A stretch of 64,000 bases of DNA from Christensenellaceae bacterium (lineage in GTDB: Bacteria > Bacillota > Clostridia > Christensenellales > Borkfalkiaceae), in NCBI GenBank assembly GCA_045648045.1, contig JAZRNE010000037.1:4721-68720 (forward strand), in the 5' to 3' direction. The notes under the pieces are model-generated. The model did no database searches and was not told where the DNA came from. It saw nothing but the letters and a program-made list of their open reading frames with translations. Made by a program: the position numbers and the translations under genes. Positions 26,897 through 36,985 of the stretch are shown one piece after another (within the stretch, counting starts at the first letter, position 1; each line of letters starts with the position of its first letter).

Positions 26897-27970
26897 TTAT
26901 ATATTAATTACAGTAAAATCTTGGTCGTTAAGTGTAAAATCTTGACCGAGATTTTTGTTCGTTAAAAGTACTTTTTCTTGTCCTTTTATAACGGCAACGA
27001 AAATTTGTACGCCTGAAAATTCATTTTCAATAACGCTTAAAAATTCGGTCAATGGATTTAACGGGTTTTCCGTTGAATATTCTTTTAAGCATATTGCAGT
27101 AGTCAAAGCGTCGGCAAGTGTGCCGTCAATTCCTATAAGAGTTGCGCTTGCCACGCCCGTTTGTGCGGGGTAACCCGTGTCGGGGTCAATTAAGTGGCAA
27201 AACTTGTTGCCGTTTATATCTATATGATATTTTTCATAATTACCGCTAGTAGAAACGGAAAGGTTTTCAAATTGATTTAGGTGGACTGTAAAGAGAGTTT
27301 TATTGCCGTCTTGCGGGTGGCGCACGCTTAAATTTTCAACTTTCAATAGGTTAAGGCTACTCGTGCCAACGCTAACGTATCCGTCGTTAAATCCGTTTTC
27401 TTTTAGAATTTTAGCAATTCCGTCCGCCACGTATCCTTTAACGATTCCGCCAAAATCAAGCGTTAAAGCGTTGCTGTTTTTAGATATAAAGCCGTCTTGC
27501 GTAACGCTAACGCCACTAAAATCGACTTTTGTAAGTTCAACTTCAATTTGTTCTTGCGTGGGTGGCGTGTAGTTTAAGGTGTATTTATAAGGCGCAAATC
27601 CCCAAAGTTTAACTAGCGGATATACGGTGGGGTTGAATTTACCGCCAGATAGAGTGTAAGCGGTTTTTGCTTGGTTAAAGATTTGTAATTCTACTTGGTT
27701 TAGTTTAAGAGTTTGGTTTTCTTCAAGGTTATTAAATTTTGCGTTAAAAGAATTTTCGTTATTTATATCGAATTGATTTTCGGCGTCGGTGGCAAACGTT
27801 TTAATAAGGTTTTTAGTTTTGGCGTTTATAGTCTTTGAATAAGAGCAAATCGTAACGGGGCAGTTAAAAGCCGTAAACACGTAAGAATTGACTTTTTGTT
27901 TACAACCTACAAGGCTAATTGCAATTATAAACGCTATTGAAATTGACAATAATTTTTTTACGTAGTACAT
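26897..27970 (-). CDS. apbE: FAD:protein FMN transferase (ApbE family) lipoprotein
   Basis: Lipobox LVGC, GGIVKGY and HLIDPDTGYP motifs. Confidence 0.85.
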   Translation of the reverse strand: MYYVKKLLSISIAFIIAISLVGCKQKVNSYVFTAFNCPVTICSYSKTINAKTKNLIKTFATDAENQFDINNENSFNAKFNNLEENQTLKLNQVELQIFNQAKTAYTLSGGKFNPTVYPLVKLWGFAPYKYTLNYTPPTQEQIEVELTKVDFSGVSVTQDGFISKNSNALTLDFGGIVKGYVADGIAKILKENGFNDGYVSVGTSSLNLLKVENLSVRHPQDGNKTLFTVHLNQFENLSVSTSGNYEKYHIDINGNKFCHLIDPDTGYPAQTGVASATLIGIDGTLADALTTAICLKEYSTENPLNPLTEFLSVIENEFSGVQIFVAVIKGQEKVLLTNKNLGQDFTLNDQDFTVINI

Positions 27971-28037
27971 TGTTTCACCGAAAAATAAAATCTTAAATAA
28001 TATTATATATAAAAACTATTTAAAAATCAAATTTATA

Positions 28038-28067
28038 TTGACAAACCACGGTAAGTTTTGATAAAAT
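28038..28067 (+). promoter_or_regulatory. Sigma-A promoter of the HprK-like/PqqD/DUF1846 operon
   Basis: TTGACA, 17-18 nt, (A)TAAAAT. Confidence 0.5.
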
Positions 28068-28107
28068 AATAAAGTATTTTATCTTTTGGGCTAATTAAGG
28101 GTGAAAA

Positions 28108-28824
28108 ATGATTAGATATAAGATTGCGGACGTGGTTTTTGATGCGAAAATAAGATATCGCTACACCAAAGAACTGTGTCAAGATTATGAATATTGTAGT
28201 GACGAGCAACCGGCTTTCGTTGCGGAAATTACCGAACAAGATATTTTAAATGAAAACGCACTTTCTAGTGAGCCGTTTCCACCTGCGTATCTTGAAAGCC
28301 TTGCGCTTTTTAGAAAACTTTGCAACTACTGTTTAGAGAATGCGGACGGGCTTATTTTTCATTCGAGTGCTATTGCCGTTGACGGGCAAGCCTATCTTTT
28401 TACAGCGCCTAGCGGAACGGGCAAATCGACACATGCAAGGCTTTGGCGTGAGTTATTAGGCGATAGGGCAGTTATGGTTAACGACGATAAACCTATCGTT
28501 AGGCTTATTGACGGGGAATTTTACGTTTACGGAACGCCTTGGAACGGCAAGCATAGATTAGGCAACAACTGCAAGATGAAAATTAAAGCCATTTGTGCTA
28601 TAAGTCAAGCGAAAGAGAATCAAATTCGCAGCGCAAGCACGGGTGAAATGCTTATGGTTATGCTAAATCAAACCATAAGGCCAAAAGAGCAAGTTAATAT
28701 GGATAAATTGCTTGGTTTACTAGAAAAATTATTACTAAGGGTTGATATTTACAAGTTGGGTTGCAATATTTCAAAAGAAGCGGCTGAACTTTCTTATAAA
28801 ACGATGTCGGGGTGTGAATTATGA
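28108..28824 (+). CDS. HPr-kinase-like P-loop protein (HprK-related kinase fold) of unknown substrate
   Basis: LIFHSSAIAVDGQAYLFTAPSGTGKSTHARLW resembles the HprK/P C-terminal domain P-loop. The gene overlaps the PqqD-like gene by 4 nt. Confidence 0.55.
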   Translation: MIRYKIADVVFDAKIRYRYTKELCQDYEYCSDEQPAFVAEITEQDILNENALSSEPFPPAYLESLALFRKLCNYCLENADGLIFHSSAIAVDGQAYLFTAPSGTGKSTHARLWRELLGDRAVMVNDDKPIVRLIDGEFYVYGTPWNGKHRLGNNCKMKIKAICAISQAKENQIRSASTGEMLMVMLNQTIRPKEQVNMDKLLGLLEKLLLRVDIYKLGCNISKEAAELSYKTMSGCEL

Positions 28825-29084
28825 AGATAAAACAAGGTTACATTTTGCGTGAAGTTGCTGGCAATTATATCGTAGTTGCCGTTGGCGAAGCCGTTAAGAA
28901 TTTTAACGGAATAATAAATCTTAACGATTCGGGCGCTTTTTTGTGGAAACTTCTTCAAGAAGGCGCAACGGAAGAGCAACTAAAAGAAAGTTTGCTTAAC
29001 GAATACGAAGTGGACGAGCAAATTGCCGAGCGTGATATTAAGGCGTTCATTAATAAACTTAGTGAAAAAGGGCTTTTAGATTAA
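28821..29084 (+). CDS. PqqD-family protein (RiPP-recognition-element-like peptide chaperone)
   Basis: 87 aa with YIVVAVGEA...IINLNDSGAFLWKLL.EG.T.EQL...L..EYEV....A..DI..FI..L...GLL, the classic PqqD pattern. Confidence 0.75.
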   Translation: MKIKQGYILREVAGNYIVVAVGEAVKNFNGIINLNDSGAFLWKLLQEGATEEQLKESLLNEYEVDEQIAERDIKAFINKLSEKGLLD

Positions 29085-29100
29085 CAGGAGCGTTTTAACG

Positions 29101-30579
29101 ATGGAAAAAGGTTTTGATAACAAGAAATATTTGGAGATGCAGTCGGCGAAGATTTTAGAGCGAATTAAAATGTTCGGCGACAAACTTTATCTAGAATTCG
29201 GTGGTAAGTTGTTTGACGATTACCACGCGTCGCGCGTGCTACCCGGTTTTGAGCCGGATAGCAAAATCAAGATGCTTTCTCAACTCAAAGATAAGGCGGA
29301 AATGCTAATTGTTATCAATGCAAACGATATCGAAAAGAATAAGCAAAGAAGCGATTTGGGTATTACTTACGACCTAGACGTTTTAAGGCTTATCGACATA
29401 TTCGTTAACGAAGGTTTTTACGTTGGTAGCGTAGTGTTGACAAGGTTTGCAGAGCAACCGTCGGCAGTTGCTTTCCAAAAGCGTTTAGAAATGCGTGGGG
29501 TTAAGGTTTACCGCCATTATCCTATCGAAGGTTATCCGTCGGAAGTTGAAAAAATCGTTAGCGAACAAGGTTACGGCAAAAACGAATACGTCGTTACTAC
29601 AAGACCGTTGGTGGTGGTTACTGCGCCCGGTCCTGGTAGTGGAAAAATGGCAACTTGCCTTTCGCAGTTGTATCACGAAAATAAGCGTGGGGTTAAGGCG
29701 GGGTATGCTAAATATGAAACTTTCCCCGTTTGGAACTTGCCGTTAAACCACCCAGTTAACGCGGCTTACGAAGCGGCTACTGCCGACCTTAACGATATGA
29801 ATATGATTGACCCTTTTCATATGGATGCTTACGGGGTTATGGCTGTCAATTATAATAGAGACGTTGAAATTTTCCCCGTTCTATCAGCAATGCTAAATAA
29901 GGTGCAAGGAAAGTGTCCTTATAAATCGCCAACCGATATGGGCGTTAATATGGCAGGGTATTGCATAGTTAACGACCAAATTGTTGAACAAGCGTCAAAG
30001 CAAGAGATTTTAAGGCGCTATTACGCCGCGCAAGTGGATGCTAGAAAGGGTGTTATAGGCAAAGAAACTATTTCAAAAATAGAAATTCTTATGCAAAGAA
30101 TGAAAATTAGCATAAAGGATAGAGCGGTGGTAAAGTTTGCGCTTGAAAAAGAAGCGTCTACCGGTAGCCCAGCGTGCGCTATACAGCTTTCCGATGGTAG
30201 AATGGTTACGGGTAAAACGGGCAAACTTTTAGGCGCAAGTTCAGCAGCACTACTCAATGCCTTGAAGGTGCTCAGCGGAATAGGCGAAGAAGTTGAATTG
30301 ATTTCTTCTACGGTAATAGAGCCTATCCAACAGTTAAAAGTAAATCACATGGGTAGCGTTAACCCTAGACTGCATACGGATGAAGTTTTGATTTCGCTTG
30401 CTGTAAGCGCCGCTACCGATGCGTCGGCAAAGGCTGCAATGGGGCAACTTTCAGGGTTAAAGGACGCGCAGTTCCATTCGTCGGTTGTGCTTAGCCCCGT
30501 AGATGAAATGACGCTTAAAAAGTTGGGAATTAACGTTACTTGCGAGCCCAAAAGGCAAACTGAAAGAAATTTAGATTAA
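29101..30579 (+). CDS. DUF1846 (UPF0371) family protein
   Basis: N-terminus GFDN.KYL..QS..I.ERI..F..KLYLEFGGKLFDD.HA.RVLPGF is characteristic of this family. It begins 16 nt downstream of the PqqD-like gene. Confidence 0.75.
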   Translation: MEKGFDNKKYLEMQSAKILERIKMFGDKLYLEFGGKLFDDYHASRVLPGFEPDSKIKMLSQLKDKAEMLIVINANDIEKNKQRSDLGITYDLDVLRLIDIFVNEGFYVGSVVLTRFAEQPSAVAFQKRLEMRGVKVYRHYPIEGYPSEVEKIVSEQGYGKNEYVVTTRPLVVVTAPGPGSGKMATCLSQLYHENKRGVKAGYAKYETFPVWNLPLNHPVNAAYEAATADLNDMNMIDPFHMDAYGVMAVNYNRDVEIFPVLSAMLNKVQGKCPYKSPTDMGVNMAGYCIVNDQIVEQASKQEILRRYYAAQVDARKGVIGKETISKIEILMQRMKISIKDRAVVKFALEKEASTGSPACAIQLSDGRMVTGKTGKLLGASSAALLNALKVLSGIGEEVELISSTVIEPIQQLKVNHMGSVNPRLHTDEVLISLAVSAATDASAKAAMGQLSGLKDAQFHSSVVLSPVDEMTLKKLGINVTCEPKRQTERNLD

Positions 30580-30703
30580 AACGAAAAAATAGTTGTAAAA
30601 CGTGTTTTTTTAGTGCAATTTATAATATAATTTATCGTTTAAATATTGACAATATAGAATTGTTGTGATATAATTTAGAAAATACTGTTTAGGAGTGTGG
30701 ATT

Positions 30704-31681
30704 ATGGACCCATTAGTTATTTTAATCGTTGCTATTTCTGTTTCCGTTGCGCTTTTGGTAAGCGTTATTGTGCATGCTGTTACTGAACGCAGCAAACTTA
30801 AAGCTTTCCAAAAGTACATAAGTCAAACTATTACCGAGAAAGATATTGCGTTAGTTAAAAATGAAATTTTTGGTATTGCAATACCAGAAAAATTTTTAGA
30901 ACCTTCTATTAAGGTAGTTGAAGAAGAAGTTGCTCCTGTTGAAGAAGTAATCGAAGAAGAAGTTGCTCCTGTTGAAGAAGTAATCGAAGAAGAAGTTGCT
31001 CCTGTTGAAGAAGTAGTTGAAGAAGAAGTTGCTCCTGTTGAAGAAGTAATCGAAGAAGAAGTTGCTCCCGTTGAAGAAGTAGTTGCTCCTGTTGAAGAAG
31101 TAATCGAAGAAGAAGTTGCTCCTGTTGAAGAAGTAATTGAAGAAGAAGTTGCTCCTGTTGAAGAAGTAATTGAAGAAACTGCTGAAGAAGAAGTTGAAGA
31201 AGTAGAAGAAGAAATTATCGTTCCTATGTTAGAAAGAGCGGATTCAAAGAGCCGTATTCCTTTTGCTGACAAGATGATTTATCTCGACAAGAAAACGCAA
31301 GGTTTCTACAATGCGTTGATGAACAAGTTTAAGGGCTTGCGTAAAATCAACATTCGTATTTCTTCAAAAGGCGTTTCATATCGTCTTGGTAGAGAGTTGA
31401 TTGCAAAACTTACTATTCGTGGTAAGACACTCCGTTTGCATTTGGCTTTAGACTTAAATGCTTTTGATGAAAAAGTATATTTCCAAAAAGATATGGGCGA
31501 CGTTAGGTCTTACGTTGAAGTTCCTTTCACAGTAAAGATTAGAAGTGATAGAGGTTTAAGAAATGCAATGAAACTTATCGATGAGTTGATTGCACTTAAA
31601 GGTATTGAAGAAAAAGCACGTTTCAACAAAACCGACGGCGTTAAAGATTTGAAAATTATCGCATTAAAAAACAGAAAGTAG
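30704..31681 (+). CDS. Membrane-anchored protein with an acidic EEVAPVEEVIE tandem-repeat linker and a conserved basic C-terminal domain, function unknown
   Basis: One N-terminal TM, about 100 aa of 11-residue repeats and a 150-aa C-terminal domain. The ATG after ggag is preferred over the GTG at 30695. Confidence 0.7.
   Translation: MDPLVILIVAISVSVALLVSVIVHAVTERSKLKAFQKYISQTITEKDIALVKNEIFGIAIPEKFLEPSIKVVEEEVAPVEEVIEEEVAPVEEVIEEEVAPVEEVVEEEVAPVEEVIEEEVAPVEEVVAPVEEVIEEEVAPVEEVIEEEVAPVEEVIEETAEEEVEEVEEEIIVPMLERADSKSRIPFADKMIYLDKKTQGFYNALMNKFKGLRKINIRISSKGVSYRLGRELIAKLTIRGKTLRLHLALDLNAFDEKVYFQKDMGDVRSYVEVPFTVKIRSDRGLRNAMKLIDELIALKGIEEKARFNKTDGVKDLKIIALKNRK
30914..31216 (+). repeat. In-frame tandem repeat, 33-nt unit, about 8-9 copies (one 24-nt unit)
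   Basis: Near-identical gaagaagttgctcctgttgaagaagtaatcgaa units. Variants occur only at wobble or V/I positions. Confidence 0.9.
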
Positions 31682-31692
31682 TTTTTAATAAA

Positions 31693-31726
31693 AATATCCG
31701 ACCAAAGTTGGGCGGATATTTTTTTA
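31693..31726 (+). terminator. Rho-independent terminator
   Basis: atatccg..cggatat stem followed by ttttttt. Confidence 0.75.
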
Positions 31727-31858
31727 CGGATAAAAGAAAGTTCTATTTGCAATATTGTATAATATAATTAGTTTGGTTATATTTTTTGTTATCGGCAAGT
31801 GCGGATTAGCAAAAACCGAAAAATTTACAAAAATTATTAAAAAAATGGTCGTATTTCA

Positions 31859-31886
31859 TTGACAAATTATTAATTGTGTATATAAT
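31859..31886 (+). promoter_or_regulatory. Sigma-A promoter of groESL
   Basis: TTGACA, 16 nt, TATAAT. Confidence 0.65.
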
Positions 31887-31891
31887 AAATG

Positions 31892-31918
31892 TTAGCACTT
31901 GATTACCGAGAGTGCTAA
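31892..31918 (+). promoter_or_regulatory. CIRCE operator (HrcA binding site)
   Basis: TTAGCACTT-N9-GAGTGCTAA against the consensus TTAGCACTC-N9-GAGTGCTAA. Positioned between the -10 box and groES. Confidence 0.9.
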
Positions 31919-31953
31919 ATCAAATATGGAATAATTAAGGAGGCATATATATT

Positions 31954-32238
31954 ATGAAAGTTAAACCTTTATTTGACAAAGTAGTGGTTGAAAGTTTAGA
32001 AACCGAAGAAAGAACGCAAAGTGGATTTATTCTCCCTTCTGCATCTCAAGAAAAACAACAAATGGCAAAAATCGTTGCGGTTGGCCCTGGTGGAATTGTT
32101 GACGGTAAAGAAATCGTTATGCAAGTTAAAGTGGGCGATACCGTTCTTTATTCAAAATACGCAGGAAGCGAATTTAAAGTTGACGGCAAAGAATTGACTA
32201 TTATCCGCCAAAGTGATATTTTGGCAATCGTAGAGTAA
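31954..32238 (+). CDS. groES: Co-chaperonin GroES
   Basis: KPL.D.V......EE.T.SGI.LP......KP....VVAVG.G family pattern. Confidence 0.95.
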   Translation: MKVKPLFDKVVVESLETEERTQSGFILPSASQEKQQMAKIVAVGPGGIVDGKEIVMQVKVGDTVLYSKYAGSEFKVDGKELTIIRQSDILAIVE

Positions 32239-32246
32239 GGAGGTAA

Positions 32247-33878
<1,632 letters not shown>

Positions 33879-33886
33879 AATATCAA

Positions 33887-33920
33887 GGGGAAGGCTTATT
33901 TTCCGAATGCAGCCTTCCCC
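33887..33920 (+). terminator. Terminator hairpin after groEL
   Basis: ggggaaggct / agccttcccc 10-bp stem with a weak T-tract. Confidence 0.6.
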
Positions 33921-34001
33921 TTAATAATCCCTAACTGCAAAACTCCTCAAAACCCCTAACCCCTTAAAGATTAAGGGGATTTAGTGAAAATAAAAAAACA
34001 A

Positions 34002-34030
34002 AACGCTGTTCAAACGAACAGCGTTTTTTA
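34002..34030 (+). terminator. Second rho-independent terminator downstream of groEL
   Basis: aacgctgtt / aacagcgtt stem followed by ttttt. Confidence 0.7.
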
Positions 34031-34085
34031 TGCGTTAATTTTCTAAACCTAGTTTTTTAGATTAAAAGAAAAAAACAAAAACTAC

Positions 34086-34114
34086 TTGATAAAAAATTTT
34101 CAATGTGATATACT
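34086..34114 (+). promoter_or_regulatory. Strong extended -10 promoter
   Basis: TTGATA, 17 nt (ending in TGa), TATACT. Confidence 0.6.
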
Positions 34115-34119
34115 ATTTG

Positions 34120-34326
34120 TGTCACACAAGTTAATATACGTATTTGATAGGTTCTTTAATTTTTAAGGGATATTTTTTTCATTTGTACACATATTGAATT
34201 TGACAAACTGCAAATTCCACCTAGTGTGTCTAATGGAGAAATCTATAAATATGTTAGGACTTGTGTGACAACAACGGAGTTTGCGTTTGGTGCGCTGACT
34301 TCGGTTGGCGCATTTTTTATTTTTTG
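34120..34326 (+). ncRNA. Candidate about 200-nt structured RNA (unclassified: 6S-like RNA, riboswitch or 5' leader)
   Basis: The predicted 5' end tgtcacacaagt (34120-31) is an exact complement of acttgtgtgaca (34259-70). The next helix is tatttgatag / ctataaata. It ends in a 9-bp stem with a UUCG loop (34291-34312) and a T-run. Confidence 0.35.
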
Positions 34327-34334
34327 GTGGCGAT

Positions 34335-34574
34335 ATGAGTAAAGAATTAAAAATAGAGCAAGTTAAAGATTTGTGTTATAACCTTATGGGTGAAGAAAGG
34401 GATTACGATAAGTATAAAATTATGGCTGCCGAATGTGATATGATAAAACTAGAAATAGAATTTTGGCAATGTTTGGATTACGCGCAAGCAGCCCTTTATA
34501 AAGAATACAAATCCGCAAGAAAGTGTTATTACGATATGGTTATGCAAAATATAGAAAAAGAACAAAAAAACTAG
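34335..34574 (+). CDS. Small (79 aa) helical hypothetical protein
   Basis: ATG 5 nt after ggtgg. Lies between two terminators. No family recognised. Confidence 0.45.
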   Translation: MSKELKIEQVKDLCYNLMGEERDYDKYKIMAAECDMIKLEIEFWQCLDYAQAALYKEYKSARKCYYDMVMQNIEKEQKN

Positions 34575-34600
34575 CAAGCAAATTGCTTGCTAGTTTTTTA
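34571..34600. terminator. Bidirectional terminator (small ORF / fba)
   Basis: ctagcaagca / tgcttgctag 10-bp stem flanked by A- and T-runs. Confidence 0.8.
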
Positions 34601-34614
34601 TATTCAAACGTTTA

Positions 34615-35610
34615 TTATTTGCATTCGTCTGCTTTGCCTGCGCAACCAAGAACGTTAACGAGTTTATGTCTAACGATTTCTTTAATGTTTGCACGTGCGG
34701 GTTTCAAATATTCTCTGGGGTCGAACTTGTCGGGTTTATCATTGTAGAATTTTCTGATAGTACCGGTCATTGCAAGGCGAAGGTCAGAGTCGATATTGAT
34801 TTTGCAAACTGAAAGGGTTGCAGCCTTTCTGAGTTGTTCTTCGGGTACGCCGATAGCGTCGGGCATTTTACCGCCGTTTTCGTTAACCATAGCAACGTAT
34901 TCTTGGGGAACTGATGAAGAACCGTGTAATACGATGGGGAATCCGGGGAGTTTCTTAGAAACTTCTTCTAAGATATCGAAACGGAGTGCCGGGGGAACGA
35001 GAATGCCTTTTTCATTTCTGGTGCATTGTTCGGGTTTGAACTTGTATGCGCCGTGGCTAGTTCCGATAGCGATTGCCAAAGAGTCAACGCCCGTACGAGT
35101 TACGAATTCGATAACTTCTTCGGGTTTGGTGTAACTTTCAGCACCGTGTTCAACTTTAACGTCGTCTTCAATACCTGCTAAAGTGCCAAGTTCGCCTTCA
35201 ACGGTAATGTATCTGCCTCTTGCTTTAACGTCGTGAGCGTAGTCAACAACCTTCTTGGTAAGAGCGATATTTTCTTCGAAAGGAAGGTGGCTTCCGTCAA
35301 TCATAACAGAAGTGAAACCGCCGTCGATAACTGCTTTACAAGTTTCGAAATCGGGGCCGTGGTCAAGGTGAAGAACAATCGGAATATCAGGACATTCGAT
35401 AACTGCAGCTTCAACGAGTTTAACAAGGTAGGTGTGGTTAGCGTATGCTCTTGCACCCTTGCTTACTTGAAGAATAACGGGAGCGTGTTCTTCTTTACAA
35501 GCTTCGGTAATACCTTGAACGATTTCCATGTTGTTAACGTTGAATGCACCGATAGCATATCCGTTCTTATATGCTTGTTCAAACATCTTTTTTGAGTTTA
35601 CTAATGCCAT
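34615..35610 (-). CDS. fba: Class II fructose-1,6-bisphosphate aldolase
   Basis: GAFNVNN.E, PVILQ.S.G, LHLDHG, GTSHGAYKF motifs. Confidence 0.93.
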   Translation of the reverse strand: MALVNSKKMFEQAYKNGYAIGAFNVNNMEIVQGITEACKEEHAPVILQVSKGARAYANHTYLVKLVEAAVIECPDIPIVLHLDHGPDFETCKAVIDGGFTSVMIDGSHLPFEENIALTKKVVDYAHDVKARGRYITVEGELGTLAGIEDDVKVEHGAESYTKPEEVIEFVTRTGVDSLAIAIGTSHGAYKFKPEQCTRNEKGILVPPALRFDILEEVSKKLPGFPIVLHGSSSVPQEYVAMVNENGGKMPDAIGVPEEQLRKAATLSVCKINIDSDLRLAMTGTIRKFYNDKPDKFDPREYLKPARANIKEIVRHKLVNVLGCAGKADECK

Positions 35611-35770
35611 TTGTAAAATCCTCCAAATAGTTTAAATAATTTTCGTATATATTATATATCGTTTTTCAATTTTTAGCAAATAAATTTATAATTTATTATG
35701 AAAATACTTTATAAAAATTATTAAAAGTAGTATAATTTTACCGTTAAATCAATTTCGTGGGGGCTAAATT

Positions 35771-36886
35771 ATGCAAGATAGCAGAATTAATTTGCTTGCT
35801 AAAAATTTAATCAACTATTCGTGTGGCTTAAAGAAGGGCGAAAAAGTGCTTATCGAAGCCAAGGGCATTGACTATATGCTTATAAATGCGCTCGTTAAAG
35901 AAGCGTATGCGGTCGGTGCATATCCTTTCGTGGAAATTTACGATAACCGCGTTTCAAGGCAACTTCTTCTCGGCAACAGCCCCGAACTTGCAAAATTAAA
36001 AGCCAAATTTGATGCGTTCCGTATGAATGAAATGGACGCGTATATAGGCGTAAGGGGTGGGGAAAATTGCAACGAACTTTCCGACGTGCCCGAAGACAAA
36101 ATGCGTGCGGAAAGCGAGTTTTATTCGCACCCCGTTCATCACGAAATTCGCGTTAAAAAAACCAAGTGGGTAGTGCTTCGTTACCCCAACCAAGGCATGG
36201 CGCAACAAGCGGGTATGAGCACGGACGCTTTTGAAGAATTTTACTTTAACGTTTGTAATCTAGACTATTCTAAAATGGATAAGGCTATGGACGCACTTTC
36301 CGTTCGCCTAAACAAGGCGGATAAAGTTCGTATAATTGCAAGGGATACGGATATAAGTTTTTCAATCAAGGGTATAGGCTGCAAAAAATGTTCGGGGCAC
36401 TGTAATATTCCCGACGGTGAAATTTATACCGCACCCGTTAAGGACAGCGTTAACGGAACTATTACCTACAACGCTCCGTCAGTTGAAAACGGCTTTAAGT
36501 TTGAAAACGTTTCGCTCACTTTTAAGGACGGCAAGGTTATCAAAGCAACCGCTAACGATACTGAAAAATTGAACGCTATTCTAGATACCGACGACGGTGC
36601 TAGATATATCGGCGAGTTCGCTTTCGGTGTAAATCCTTATATAAATAAGCCTATGGGCGATATTTTGTTTGATGAAAAAATTTCAGGTTCTATTCACTTT
36701 ACGCCGGGCAGTTGCTACGACGATTGCTATAACGGCAACGTTTCTGCAATCCACTGGGACTTGGTTCAAATTCAAACCAAAGAATACGGCGGTGGCGAAA
36801 TTTATCTTGACGGCGAACTTATTCGTAAAGACGGATTGTTCATTCCCGACGATTTGAAGTGTTTAAACCCCGAAAATTTAAAATAA
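35771..36886 (+). CDS. M29-family aminopeptidase (PepS/AmpS type)
   Basis: LAKNLINYS..LKKGEKVLI, and end motifs GEFAFG.N and H.D.V typical of M29. Confidence 0.85.
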   Translation: MQDSRINLLAKNLINYSCGLKKGEKVLIEAKGIDYMLINALVKEAYAVGAYPFVEIYDNRVSRQLLLGNSPELAKLKAKFDAFRMNEMDAYIGVRGGENCNELSDVPEDKMRAESEFYSHPVHHEIRVKKTKWVVLRYPNQGMAQQAGMSTDAFEEFYFNVCNLDYSKMDKAMDALSVRLNKADKVRIIARDTDISFSIKGIGCKKCSGHCNIPDGEIYTAPVKDSVNGTITYNAPSVENGFKFENVSLTFKDGKVIKATANDTEKLNAILDTDDGARYIGEFAFGVNPYINKPMGDILFDEKISGSIHFTPGSCYDDCYNGNVSAIHWDLVQIQTKEYGGGEIYLDGELIRKDGLFIPDDLKCLNPENLK

Positions 36887-36899
36887 TGGTATAAAATAA

Positions 36900-36929
36900 T
36901 TGACAAATACCATTTTTTAGCGATATAAT
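36900..36929 (+). promoter_or_regulatory. Sigma-A promoter of gap
   Basis: TTGACA, 18 nt, TATAAT. Confidence 0.6.
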
Positions 36930-36985
36930 TAATAAGATAAAATTTTGAAAAATTTTTTAGATTATATTATTTGGAGGACATTGAA

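Noticed and set aside
30914-31216. Regular 33-nt repeats that might suggest a CRISPR array
   Set aside because: The repeats are directly tandem with no unique spacers. They are in frame within a long ORF, and there are no cas genes nearby.
30823-31272. 149-aa minus-strand ORF rich in SSTGATSS repeats
   Set aside because: It is the antisense shadow of the + strand EEVAPVEEVIE tandem repeat. It has no independent start context, and the + strand frame extends into conserved flanking domains.
33926-34000. Hairpin ccccttaa-agat-ttaagggg and C-rich tract after groEL as a possible small RNA
   Set aside because: It is a single short hairpin with no promoter or T-tract of its own. It is most simply part of the groEL 3' UTR between two terminators.
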